Positions 27,192 to 38,790 of a DNA stretch of 64,000 bases are shown in pieces. The stretch covers positions 30,258,001-30,322,000 of the forward strand of contig CM052817.1 in the NCBI GenBank assembly GCA_028534125.1. The letters are read 5' to 3'. The translations under genes and the position numbers were made by a program. The notes beneath the pieces were generated by a model. That model was not told the DNA's origin and searched no databases. It saw only the letters and a program-made list of their open reading frames with translations. How positions within the stretch are numbered: position 1 is the first letter of the stretch; each line of letters opens with the position of its first letter. Origin of the DNA: Lama glama (taxonomy: Eukaryota).

Positions 27192-27489
27192 TCATCACTA
27201 TTCTTTCAATAAATAAACCTTGGCCTTAAATACGTTCTCCAATACTAAATATTCCATTTTATCATAAAGCTCTTCCTAAAATGCCTGTAGGTTTCCATTA
27301 AAATATCCTTTTATTCTTTAAATAACAACACAATGTCAACTTGTTGGCTAGACTCTTTCACATACAATATCATTTGAATTTGTATATTATATATTGGATT
27401 GTATTATTTCACTTTGGATTTTATTATTTTATTTTTTATGCATCATACATTTTACACTCTATTGAACCTGTCTTTATAAGGTATAATTG

Positions 27490-27490
<1 letters not shown>

Positions 27491-27530
<40 letters not shown>
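27491..27530. repeat. (TTA)13 microsatellite
   Basis: Direct reading. Confidence 0.95.
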
Positions 27531-27564
27531 GCCAAAAAGAAAAAAAATACAATTTTGAAAAATA

Positions 27565-27699
27565 TTTTTTGGGGGTGGGAGTTAATTAGGTTTGTTTATT
27601 TATTTATTTATCTATTTATTTTTAAAGGAGGTACTGGGGATTGAACCCATGAACCTGTACATCCTAAGCACCTGCTCTACCACTGAGCTCTACCCTCCC
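27565..27699 (-). mobile_element. tRNA-derived camelid SINE (Vic-1-like)
   Basis: 'gaggtactggggattgaaccc...ctctaccactgagctctaccctccc'; A/B boxes on the minus strand. Confidence 0.9.
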
Positions 27700-27899
27700 T
27701 GCTAAAAATTTTTTGAATAAAGTAAAACATGATCAATATCGGTTATAATTTTGTAATCCATTTATTAACTAGGTCACCAAGTGAGTCTTCTTTCTCTCAG
27801 CTGATTAAATTACTTCTATACTATTTATTTGATCAATATGCAGCCATAATAAGGAGGTGTCAGATGGTGTGTCAATATATTTCAAGTGTATCAAAGCAT

Positions 27900-28060
27900 T
27901 GAGTGGTTTAAAATCTTAGAATCCAAGATTTTGACATTTTGACTTCAATTCAATGCTAGTCCTCTAACAAGTGACTGTGAGTATATGTGTGAATTTGTGT
28001 TGTGATTGAATGCTTTTCTAGGTCTTACAAATTGTCTGTATTGGATAAATGTTACCTTTT
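27900..28060 (+). mobile_element. MIR fragment
   Basis: 'gagtggtttaaaatcttagaatccaaga...ctaacaagtgactgtga'. Confidence 0.5.
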
Positions 28061-28973
28061 TAATCAGATCAAAATAAACAAACACAGAATGCCATGGGCC
28101 CTGCAAGTTGGATAAGCTCAGTGATGAGAGGAGCAAAACTAGCTTCCCTAGGTCTAGAAAAGAGTTCTAAGCAAGGTTTCAGTCGTGGATAAGGGCAGAA
28201 ACATCAGGCAGCACAGTGGAATAAAAAAGCAGCCTAGCAGGAGTGCCTAAAATGTCCAGCTGGAATCAAGGATGCAATACCAAGAACAGGTCTCAGGGAT
28301 GATTCCATTTCTCAGAGAGAATGAGGACAAGGTAAGCAGGTCTCTTGTCTCAGGAATTGTCTCAGGACATCGTACCCTGATCAAGATGGAAAAAATAAAT
28401 ACAATCAGACAGTTATAGGAGCTGGGTATGGAGAAGAACTTTTATAAATTTCAAGTTGTTATAGACAGACAAATCCTAAAGCACTGAACTACAGAGTCAT
28501 GCTCTAGCCAAGCACTTGGGATCCCTGTAGAAAAGACAAGTAACCATGTAGAAAACCCCCGGAAGTGATGAGAAAGCTGGGACTTACAAGGAAGGTTATT
28601 TGTATTCTCTCCGCTTAAATGACTTCCACTAGACCTATTCACTAATCTCAGTCTTAGAACTCATTTTTCTGACATAAGAAGAGGTTATCCTAAAGCTTAG
28701 AGCAGTGGACCTTGAAAAACACTGAATGCCCCCATCCTAGTACCACAGAAATTTCAAGGTCTGTCTCTCACACTGCACAGACTTTGTGAAGTTACGAGAG
28801 AGAACTTCATAAATCAACCGAAAGGAGTCCCTAGAGTTACATAATGTCAAGAAAAGGAGGACCTAAAGTGATAATATCTGTTAAGCATCCAAAGAAATAA
28901 ATTGGTCCCAGATCTTAGAGCAGGAGTTAATTTCTAGGTAGGGAGTAAATTGCTCCAACGGTGATAATTGGAA

Positions 28974-30700
28974 CTCATTCATTCCTTCAACTATTAAGTC
29001 ATTAATTAAACACATATTTGTATAGAGGTAGACTAGTTAGAAGGACTATTGCCGCAGTTCAGCAGATACATGAGTAAGGTGGAAATGGGGAGAAATGGGG
29101 ACTTCCAGTGATAAGGGAGGTAAAACAGATAGGACATAATGCTGTGTGGGGAGTCAGTACCAAGAAGGACTTCCATCATTCTGACCTGAGGACCTGTTTG
29201 GAGGTGACAGGAGAATGTGGAAAGTAAGCAGCATGGAGTTCAGTTTGGGCCACATAAAATTTGAAATGTTTCTGAAAAATCCAAGTATAAATGTCAAGTA
29301 AGCAAATAATTGTATAGATCTATAATTCAGAAAAAAAGTCTTGGCTGGTTATATAAACATGAAAAATGTTCAGTTTGTGGATATTGAGTGAAGTCCTGGA
29401 AATAGATGTGATCTTATGAGGAGCTTAAGGCTGAAAAGAGAAGAAAATAAGGAAATACTTAGGCCTTGAAGAGAAAAGAGCCAAGAGACAAGGCTGAGTA
29501 GTAAAGTAATGTAAGAAGAAAACCAAGAAGAGTGTATTATGAAACAAAGGATCATGCTCCTGAAAAATTAAGTAACGTAGTGAATTAAGATCCTGTAGAT
29601 TACTTAAGCAGCATAGCTTTGCAGAAGTGGCTCTGCCTCTTTCAATTCAATAAATTGGAATGGAGTGGGTTAAAGAGTCAGGAAATATAAAGAGTATGGG
29701 AGATCTAGGCAGCTCTTGAGAAAAAAAATATTTCCTCTATTTTAAACATGGGAAAAAGGAGGATGGCTGAGGATTCAGGGAGGTATTTATGTTTAGTGGT
29801 GGGAGGTTGAGGTTGAAGGAGTTCCAACATACTGACTTTTTATTTTCTATGGGAAGTAAGAGATTTCTGAAACTCTGCTGATTGTGGTGAAGTAGAAGAG
29901 GCTGGAGGTCTGGGTGGGATAGAAAGATCTGAAATTGTTACTGTGGAAAGTAAGACAATTAGCTAGACAGGAAACTGTCATTTGAAGTTTAAGTAGTGTT
30001 TATACTGGTGAACAAAAATCGATGGCAGTATCATTCCAATCTGGTTATGCAGATTCCTCCAGCAATGCTTTCTGGCCCAGGTGGAGATGCAGAGAATGGT
30101 TGGGATCATTATGATGCAGCAAAGAGTTTCAGATTTGAAAGAGAGTGACTGAGACAGAGGACCATGCAATCTAAGCTGAAAACAGAAGGAAGTGAGGAGA
30201 GGCGGTAATAACGGGTAATGAGAAAGATGAGAAATCAGAGGTGAAACTTCCAATGAGGCCAAAGAAAGAAAAGTTGTGAAAATGGTTAAACCAACAGTCT
30301 GGAAGGGCAGGAAGTTCGGGCTGCAGAATGGCAAGTTTCAATGACTAATTTTGGAAATGGGTGAGCTGGGGTGTGACTGGATGAGGGTATGATTAGATGG
30401 ATGAGTGATACTGGAGAAGTTGCTGTTCGCATTCAGATACCATGGGAATGGAGGGTCCTGTGGACCAGGCACCAAAGTGTGCACTGAATGTGGATTCCAC
30501 AAGAAGAGTTGATACTATGCAAAAGGAGGCGTGCAGGGCAGTAGAGCTAGGAAAATAGAAAGAGATTTCACAAGCTCATAGGTGAGAATTAGTCTGAAGT
30601 AGAGTCTATGTTTTGTAAATTACTTGCTTAAGGGGACTGCAAAGGAAGCAGTGTCCACAGGAGAGCAAAATAAAGGAAACAGAATTGTGACGACTATTGA
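28974..30700 (-). mobile_element. Long L2 LINE remnant including ORF2 traces
   Basis: 'cattcattc' tail; 'gagttcagtttgggccacataaaatttgaaatg'; minus-frame peptide 'STWARKHCWRNLHN' resembles the L2 ORF2 motif AAERxWRKxHN. Confidence 0.8.
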
Positions 30701-31742
30701 CATTGATGCTGACATCAAAGTTAGAGGACTGTACTGTAGTCAGAGGAAGTAGAATGTTCAGCCTAAAGCATTTGGGTCTAATTTGCTATATTTAGCCTTT
30801 GTTTATTTATACATTCAGAATATAGAATAACAGAGCCCAAATCTGTATAATTCACAGAGACAAAGTAATCATGCAAATTTATGGGATTCCCTAAGGAGTG
30901 AATAAAAAGGATTTAAGTTTCAGGCAAAAATAATAATGAAATAATAATAGTGAAAACCAAAACAACAAAAAGGCACTTGGAATTTAGAAGGAGAAAAAGA
31001 AGGAAAATGAAGCACAGTTACCACCACTTCCTGTGACGTTTCCTTCACAATGAATAAGAATTCATTTAAAAAATTATGCACATGCATTGAGTCAACTTCT
31101 TTACCAGAATCATCTTTTCTGTTTTACACACCATTTTTTATTTCCAAGGGTGTAAGTCCTTGTTTTGTTTTTCCAGCACATTAAATGCTAATTGTAGAAG
31201 CAGGGTCTAATTGTTCTATTCCCTCTGTTTAATCCAGTGCAAATTCTACTTGTTGAATTTCTTATTCTTTTATAAACTTGGATTTTCTTAAATGTATGAT
31301 GATTAAGTTTATTGTAACACATTTTGCAGCATCTTCTACATTTTTTGAACTGCAGCTTTTTGTTTTGTTTTTTCCAATGGTAGTCATGATGTACAGATGC
31401 CACTTCCCTCCCACTTTACTTTTTTGTGTGGGATTCATTTCAGTTTCTTATTTATTAATAGTCCCCTTGTCTTACTTTCAGCATGATATACACTTAATTA
31501 TTTGTATAATAGTTCCTATTGTTTCTGAGTTTGACAGATATGGGGGATTGCACCGTGAATACTACCTACTACAGAATTATAAATATTAAGAAAACTATAC
31601 ATGTACCTGGAAATGATTCAGTAAATATGATGAGAATCAGACCTTTATACATACGACCTTTATTCATAATAAAATATTAATTAAGAAAATTATTATTGCC
31701 CAATTAAAAGTTAATTTTATATTGTATCATTTCCTATTTTCT

Positions 31743-32209
31743 TTTTTTTTGATCAGATGAATACAGATTTATTATTTATAAAAAAGTTGAGCTATTTTCT
31801 TATATAAAGTCTCTTTTGCAAATAGTTTGTTGATTCTGAGAAAGTATTTCATACAGCGTATTAAAGTAAAATAAAATCCAACCAATAATAATGCCTAATA
31901 TAAACTTATAAAATCACATCTTTGCTGCTAAAATGAATTAGGGCCTCAATCCATAAGCAGAGGTGGCGTTCTGTTTTTATGGATCTCAAATTCATCATGT
32001 ACTCCAATCTTTTTATTATGGTAACTTCTACAGTCATTAATCTTTATCATATTTAGTTTTTAGACATGGGTTCCTTGAGAGCATTTAGCATCTAATGAAA
32101 CTAATAGTTTATATGATTGTAAGTGGGAACCGTCCATAACCAATCTGAAAATAAAATAATTCCTAGCAGTTCTTCAGCCCTAACCTACGTTCTGAGTGCT
32201 CTACACATA
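31743..32209 (-). other. L1 3'-transduced non-L1 segment with its own poly(A) tail
   Basis: Lies between the L1 tail (32210-32219) and a second poly(T) (to 31750) that abuts the TSD; minus-strand AATAAA at 31768-31773, 17 nt before the tail. Confidence 0.8.
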
Positions 32210-32351
32210 TTTTTTTTTTACATTTTTTATTGATTCATAATCATTTTACAGTGTTGTGTCAAATTCCAGTGTTCAGCACAATTTTTCACTCATTCATGGA
32301 CATATATACACTCATTGTCACATTTTTTTCTCTGTGATTTATCATAACATT

Positions 32352-32851
32352 NNNNNNNNNNNNNNNNNNNNNNNNNNNNNNNNNNNNNNNNNNNNNNNNN
32401 NNNNNNNNNNNNNNNNNNNNNNNNNNNNNNNNNNNNNNNNNNNNNNNNNNNNNNNNNNNNNNNNNNNNNNNNNNNNNNNNNNNNNNNNNNNNNNNNNNNN
32501 NNNNNNNNNNNNNNNNNNNNNNNNNNNNNNNNNNNNNNNNNNNNNNNNNNNNNNNNNNNNNNNNNNNNNNNNNNNNNNNNNNNNNNNNNNNNNNNNNNNN
32601 NNNNNNNNNNNNNNNNNNNNNNNNNNNNNNNNNNNNNNNNNNNNNNNNNNNNNNNNNNNNNNNNNNNNNNNNNNNNNNNNNNNNNNNNNNNNNNNNNNNN
32701 NNNNNNNNNNNNNNNNNNNNNNNNNNNNNNNNNNNNNNNNNNNNNNNNNNNNNNNNNNNNNNNNNNNNNNNNNNNNNNNNNNNNNNNNNNNNNNNNNNNN
32801 NNNNNNNNNNNNNNNNNNNNNNNNNNNNNNNNNNNNNNNNNNNNNNNNNNN
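32352..32851. other. Assembly gap (500 N)
   Basis: Run of N. Confidence 1.
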
Positions 32852-33223
32852 CTCAGGCTGGGTGTCGGGGGGACGCTCTGTGCCCGTTTAACTTAGTTCT
32901 GTCAGACAAGGGCTGCTCTGTACAGATCCGAGCCTCGGAGGCTCCCCCTCCGTCCCGCTGGCCTCTCAGGTGGAGAGGGGAGACCCAGCGAGCGAGCGTC
33001 AGTCCTCCTTTGCCGCTCCCTCCCAGCGGGACCCGTCCTGCGGTGCTTTGCCTTTTGTTCTTTCTTTTTTCCTTTTCTCCTACCAGATTTTTGGCGTCTT
33101 TATCTTTTGAAGAGGGTGATGATCTGTTGGAGTTCTGCAGGTGCTCTGGTTGGCTGAGTGGGTCTGTAGATGTGGGTCTTGGTGTATTTGTGGGAGAGGG
33201 TGACTTACAAGCGTCCTTCTACT

Positions 33224-33234
33224 CCGCCATCTTG
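33224..33234 (-). promoter_or_regulatory. YY1 site of the L1 internal promoter
   Basis: CAAGATGGCGG about 9 nt from the L1 5' end, the usual position in mammalian L1. Confidence 0.8.
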
Positions 33235-34779
33235 CCCGGAACCATTTCCTATTTTCTATAATGAAAATCATGGTATGTACTTACTGATTCTAAACTTCTG
33301 CTACTTATTTGTAAAAGTTCTAAGATCTTAGTTTATCTTTAAAGATTTGTTTTCCCATTAAATTATACATTTGGTTTCTCTCCAAATCCATTTAATTTAA
33401 TAGAATGTCTGGAATGACACTCTATTATAAAGTAAAATAAAAGCAACCTAAACTCTAGCAGAAAAACAACTTAATTAATTCATAAATATTAAAAAAGGAA
33501 ATTGCATCTGAACTTACCAGTTTGTGTGCAGACCAAAGAACCAGGCAAGTGAGTTGCTATATCTTAACACAAACAATATAAACCTAGACGATAAGGTGAT
33601 AATCTATATTTGAAATTCTGAAGTGAAGATATCATTTCAGTTATATTGATCTATAGCTTCAGGGCTTGTCTTTACCTTTTCATAATAATATTGTATTTAT
33701 GTCCTTAAACATACCATTGTAGGAAGAATCACACACCAACATACCCTTCTTGAAAAATGCAAGACCACAAAACATTAAATATTGAGGTCATCTGGGTTTT
33801 TTTATATTTCATATTTGAAATTTTGTTGCTATTGACAAAAGGGAAGCTTGAATGCTGAGTGTAGGTTATCTGTTATGGTTTCTTAAAAATAAAATTATTA
33901 ACATGTACTGAATTCTTCCCATATGCCAGGCATTTTGCTGACACTTACCATACATTGTCTTAGAAGTGGGTGTTAAATGGTCAAGTTCAAGGGACAAGCC
34001 CTGATCTGTTGCAATGGTTTCAATAAAATCTTAGTGAGACACCATGTCCACCTCATCCCACATAGGTCGATGCAGAGATGTAGCTAATGGTTGAAAGTCA
34101 CATATTCCAGGACAGCAGGTGTGAGGTGACTGCACCCAAGAAACTGGAAAGTAGCAAACTTATCTCACATAATGTGGAAGTTCTCAGTTACTGTCAAGAG
34201 GGAGTTCTGTTCATTTTGGTTTTTTTGCGTGTATTATAACATTCCACTAGGTTCTGAGGAATACCGAAGAAGTTTAAGATCACATTCATCTCCTTGAAGA
34301 GCTTAGATAAATGGTCTTGTTGGGAAACAAGACACAAAAAAATACCAGCTCTAAAGTCCACCAGAATACCCTAGAGAATTGTATATAACCAGGTAGAGAA
34401 ACAAATGCTGAGAGCATCAAAGAAAGAAGTTTTGATCATGTAGAGTTGAAATAACTTTTGAATGGATCTTGAAAAGGTGGAGAATTTAGCTTGGAGGAAT
34501 GAGCGTATCTACTTTTGTGGTGGTTAGAAAGGCATAAATGAAGTCTCCAGAATAAAACTAAACAGGAAATATTCATAGAGTGTTAACATAATTCAGGGTA
34601 GAGATGATATTAGGCAGTATTTAGAGATTTGTGGGAAGGATAAAATGAGTTAGTCATTTGAAGAACTTGATCACCAAACTGATGTATTTAGATGTAATAG
34701 ATCATACTGAATAGTTTTCTTACATGATGGAAGGGGTGGGGGGAGAAATAAAAAGGAAAATGCTGTTTTTTGTTTACTT

Positions 34780-34975
34780 TTCTGTATCAGACGCTGAGCT
34801 AGGCTTATCTGCTGCATTCATCTCAACAAATCTGAAAAAGTAGGTGTTAATGTGAGCTGACAGACAACAACTGGGACTTGGATAAAATCACCCAAGGTTA
34901 AAGAGTGAATAATGGCAGAACCAGGATTCACAGCCAAGTGTGTTTGCTTATAAAGCCTGTTCTTCCCCTGCAGCA
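34780..34975 (-). mobile_element. MIR SINE
   Basis: 'cacccaaggttaaagagtgaataatggcagaaccaggattcacagccaag'. Confidence 0.7.
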
Positions 34976-35148
34976 CAGAACACACAATGGCCAAGAATTT
35001 AGACTATTTCTGGCTCGGGCTCTATATTTTAATAACAGGCACACACCAGATGTATACATATATTTGTATCTGTCCATCTGTTTATCTATTTCTGTTATAT
35101 AGATATATCTTCATGTGAGTATATGTGTGATTATAACTCTTATGAAAA

Positions 35149-35232
35149 TATGTACATATACATATGTATACATATGTACATATACATATGTATACATATA
35201 CATATGTATACACACGCATGCATATATCTATA
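35149..35232. repeat. Alternating purine-pyrimidine (TACATATG/TA)n tandem repeat
   Basis: 'tatgtacatatacatatgtatacatatgtacatatacatatgtatac'. Confidence 0.85.
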
Positions 35233-36124
35233 GGCAGAGGTACATTTATTCATTTAACAAATACGTATTGAATAACTAATACATGTAGGCAAATTGAGTG
35301 ACTTGCAAATGTGAATCTAACCCCATCCTTCTGTTAGCTCAAAATTTATCAAAAATTGGCACCAAAAAAATTCAGTGCTAATCTTATGTGTAAGGGAAAT
35401 CTTCATTAATGCAAAGGACACACGCATTAATACAGTCCTAAATGTTTTAAGTTTTTGTTTTATATAGATCTTATTATAATTCTGTTTTTATCTTCCCTCC
35501 AGGTATTTCTGTTTAGAATTTAAAGCAATTTTTTAATTTAATTTTTTGTTTAGAATTTAAACACAACTTTTTTCCCCCCATAAAATTGTTTTATGGATAA
35601 CCCTCAATTAAAACTTATAAAAGGGAATAAAAAGAAAATTAATGCCAGGGATCCTTCAGAAGTCCGTTCTTGTACAATACCCAATTTTCCCCAATTATTA
35701 ACATTTGCATTCTTGTACAGAACATCCTGCAATATTTGCCAAGTACCTTTTAGAATCACCATCAAAGAATAAAAGCACACCTCAGTGATTTTGGCTCATG
35801 CAGATAGTGTGTTCAGTAGCAGCTTGTGGCATTGATTTGCCCCAATGGAATGTTGTTTCCGGAAAGAGGGTGAATGAATCACTTTTATGAGCATAGAATC
35901 TTTCTCTGCACGTCATCTTGCATTATTAATGGCTGATTCAATTTTGCTGGCTAGAATTAGAGTTCTTTCTAGGGTAAGGTTAAATTCAAGTAGCTGTCTT
36001 GTGATTTCCTATATGACCAACCATTGGTGGTGTTTAGACCCTGAACGTCTCATTTCCCTTTTCCGCATATTTGAATATGTTCTTAATTTCTGTGTGAACT
36101 TCTGCAAATACCTTTAGCATTTGT

Positions 36125-36345
36125 AATGCAAGACTTTAAGATGTGGGCTTTGGAGTCAGATATACCTGGTTTTGATTGCTGGATCTATCATTTAAGCTTT
36201 ATAATCTTAACAATGTTACCATCTCTATATTTTCTTTGCTTTAAAAAGAAGAGATGAAATAATTAGAGTTATTATAAGGAGGAGAGAAGATAATAGAAGT
36301 TTGTAGTATGGTTCTTGGCACGTAGGAAGCCCTTAATAAATGCTA
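36125..36345 (+). mobile_element. MIR SINE
   Basis: 'gtgggctttggagtcagatatacctggt...ttggcacgtaggaagcccttaataaatgctag'. Confidence 0.8.
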
Positions 36346-37169
36346 GACAACAATTTGTCAGACACTGTTATGTTACGAAATCAACAATAAACATAGCAAC
36401 TATTTGAGTTCAAAAATACCAACACAGATCTAAATTATTATTACATAAGGATTTGTTATTTTTTTGCTCTTTCAAGTTCAGAGTTACACTTTCTTTTCAT
36501 ATTTAGTGAACAGTTATTAGCTGGACAACAGCTATATGTATGGCAATATGCTAACTGGGTACATTGCGATTCCAATCATTAAGGGCTTTACATCTCTCTG
36601 AAAGCAAAGATCAGGCAACATGAAGCTGTGAATAATGCAAATAATAGATATACACATGTTGCATTGTGTGATAGAGAAAATGAATGTACAGGAATTACAT
36701 AAAGAAGAAGGAAATGGATGAAAATGAAAATTTAATATAGTCAGGAAAGTCTTGATAAACGACTTCGGAACTTGATTATGGTCTTGAAAGGTAGTTACAA
36801 TTTCTATAAACAGCTGGGAAAAGGTAAATTTGTATAGCTTATGAAGGAATGAACATATTGGTGTCTTACTCCCAGAAACTTGGAATTAAGAACATATACA
36901 CGTACACATTCTCTCAGCCTGTCTCTATTACGGAGACTCAGAAAATGTTGCTAGTCAGTGGTAACGCAAATTGCTGCCTAGGTCTCCTGCTTCTGTTCCA
37001 GGACTTTTTTACTGAAGTGTGTTGGGTGAGTAAGCCTTCAAAAGCTTCTTGAATTATTCATATGAAATATGGACAACCCTATCTTGTTGCATAAGGCCAT
37101 TTCCATTTATAGATATTAAGACTTTTCTTATATTCATCTCAGTGACTAATTCCTGCACCATCAGTTGTG

Positions 37170-37378
37170 AGTACTGTGCTGGAGCTGGATCCTACAAGTT
37201 CATGAAAGTCAGTTGTGTGCACTGCTTTCCAAGTCCATGTTCAGTGATGTCATTCTGGTAGTTTGAAAACAGTCATGGTGGGAATATTTACACCATGAAA
37301 ATGAGCAAATGCTACAAATTAAAGCTTTTTTTTTTCCCTCTGGAGAGTCAGTTGAAGAACATTTATCAGCACACTGCT
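37170..37378 (+). mobile_element. MER63A-like hAT MITE
   Basis: 'tgtgctggagctgg...catggtgggaatatttacaccatgaaaat...aacatttatcagcacactg'. Confidence 0.85.
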
Positions 37379-37559
37379 GTGTGGATAGTAAACTCTATAC
37401 AATTCCACTATTAATGTAGCTAAAATTATGAAATTATGTTTTAAACTTTATATGAATGAACTTCAGCTTAGAGTGAGATGTTGAAAAGTCAAAGAAATAA
37501 ATGAAAAGTCATGAAAATAGGGGAATTAGGTTCTCTCATAATTAAAGAGGAACAGTGTT

Positions 37560-38400
37560 TTGACATAAAATGCACATAGAATTTGCAATTGTAAGTTTTA
37601 AGCATCTATCTAAATTTACACAAATTAGATAGAAATAACCTACCAAGAATAAATTCTTTCCCAGAAACATAAGGCCATTAATGTTTCAGAAAATCTCTAA
37701 CTCTAATCTGGTATTAATCAATTGGTAGACTATGAAAATAATGATTATTTCAATAGATGAAAATAAAACATTTGATTGAAAAAAATCTTAGTAATTAGGT
37801 GTAATAATCAAACTACAAAAGTTCATATTTTCTTTTATATAAGTTAATTAAAAGTATAAAATACATTCATTAAATATAATCAACAGATACATGCTATTTT
37901 ATATGTGTGTGTGTGTTTATAAATATACACACACAAAGGCCTGGAAATTATGTTGAAAACATCAGTCAGATATCACATTGTGGGTAATTTTTCCTTCTTT
38001 TGAACTTTCTCTACTTTTAAAATTTCTCCACAGTGAAGCATTTAGATATGTAGATTATGAAAATTATGAAAATAAAATATAGAGAGAAGACCTCACTCAC
38101 AACAGTGACAAAAACTTAAAATATCCAAGACTAGCTGAAATGAGAAAAAAAATCACATTAAAATTAGATAAATCCTAAATGTATAAAGAATAAAAAGGAG
38201 AAGGAGGAGAAAGATGAGGAGAGGAGAAACCAGAATAAGAAATATTTTACTTAAGTGTTAACATGGGAGAAAACTAGAAGTAAAAAACAATTCCAGCAAT
38301 AGTATCTTAGTGGTATGATTATATGTGTTTGGTTTTTATTCTATACACTTAAATATATTTTCCAATTTTTTGCAGCATGCATGAATTATTTATCTTTATT
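37560..38400 (+). mobile_element. Highly degraded L1ME fragments
   Basis: 'atgattatttcaatagatgaaaataaaacatttgat' and A-rich L1-like motifs. Confidence 0.5.
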
Positions 38401-38599
38401 TTTAATATTTAAAAGGAAAAGATGTTATATAGTTTTCTTTCTCAAATGTCTCAAGGCCTCTGGCAGGAATCCTCCCCACCCACACTGCATCACCCAAACT
38501 TTTTGTACATGACTCTTCTCCCACATTATTCAGGTCCTGGAAGTGATCCTTGAGCATCCTATCTACTATGAACCAATAATAGTAGATACTTCTGCATTT

Positions 38600-38790
38600 T
38601 GTTTGTCCCACCACAATGATGAGTACATATTCTTTTACTTACATGCTTGTTAATTGTCTGTTTGTTCTCTACTTACCATCAACTCCACAAGGGCAGTGAT
38701 CATTTCTGTTTTATTCACCAATATGTAGCTATTTCCAAGTGTAACAGTTGGCACACTAGGTAGGCACTCAGTAAATATCTTTGAATAAAT
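38600..38790 (+). mobile_element. L2a 3' end
   Basis: 'aactccacaagggcagtgatcatttctgttttattcacc...gtaggcactcagtaaatatctttgaataaat'. Confidence 0.85.

Larger units (their letters stand above)
32210..33242 (-). mobile_element. Young L1 with both termini present; interior missing in assembly gap
   Basis: 3'UTR at 32210-32351 is the same family as 13417-13582; CpG-rich 5'UTR at 32852-33242 begins gttccgggcaagatggcggagtag; TSD catttcctattttct at 31728-31742 and 33243-33257. Confidence 0.88.

Noticed and set aside
29978..30334. 118-aa ORF
   Set aside because: Decayed L2 ORF2 remnant, not a host gene
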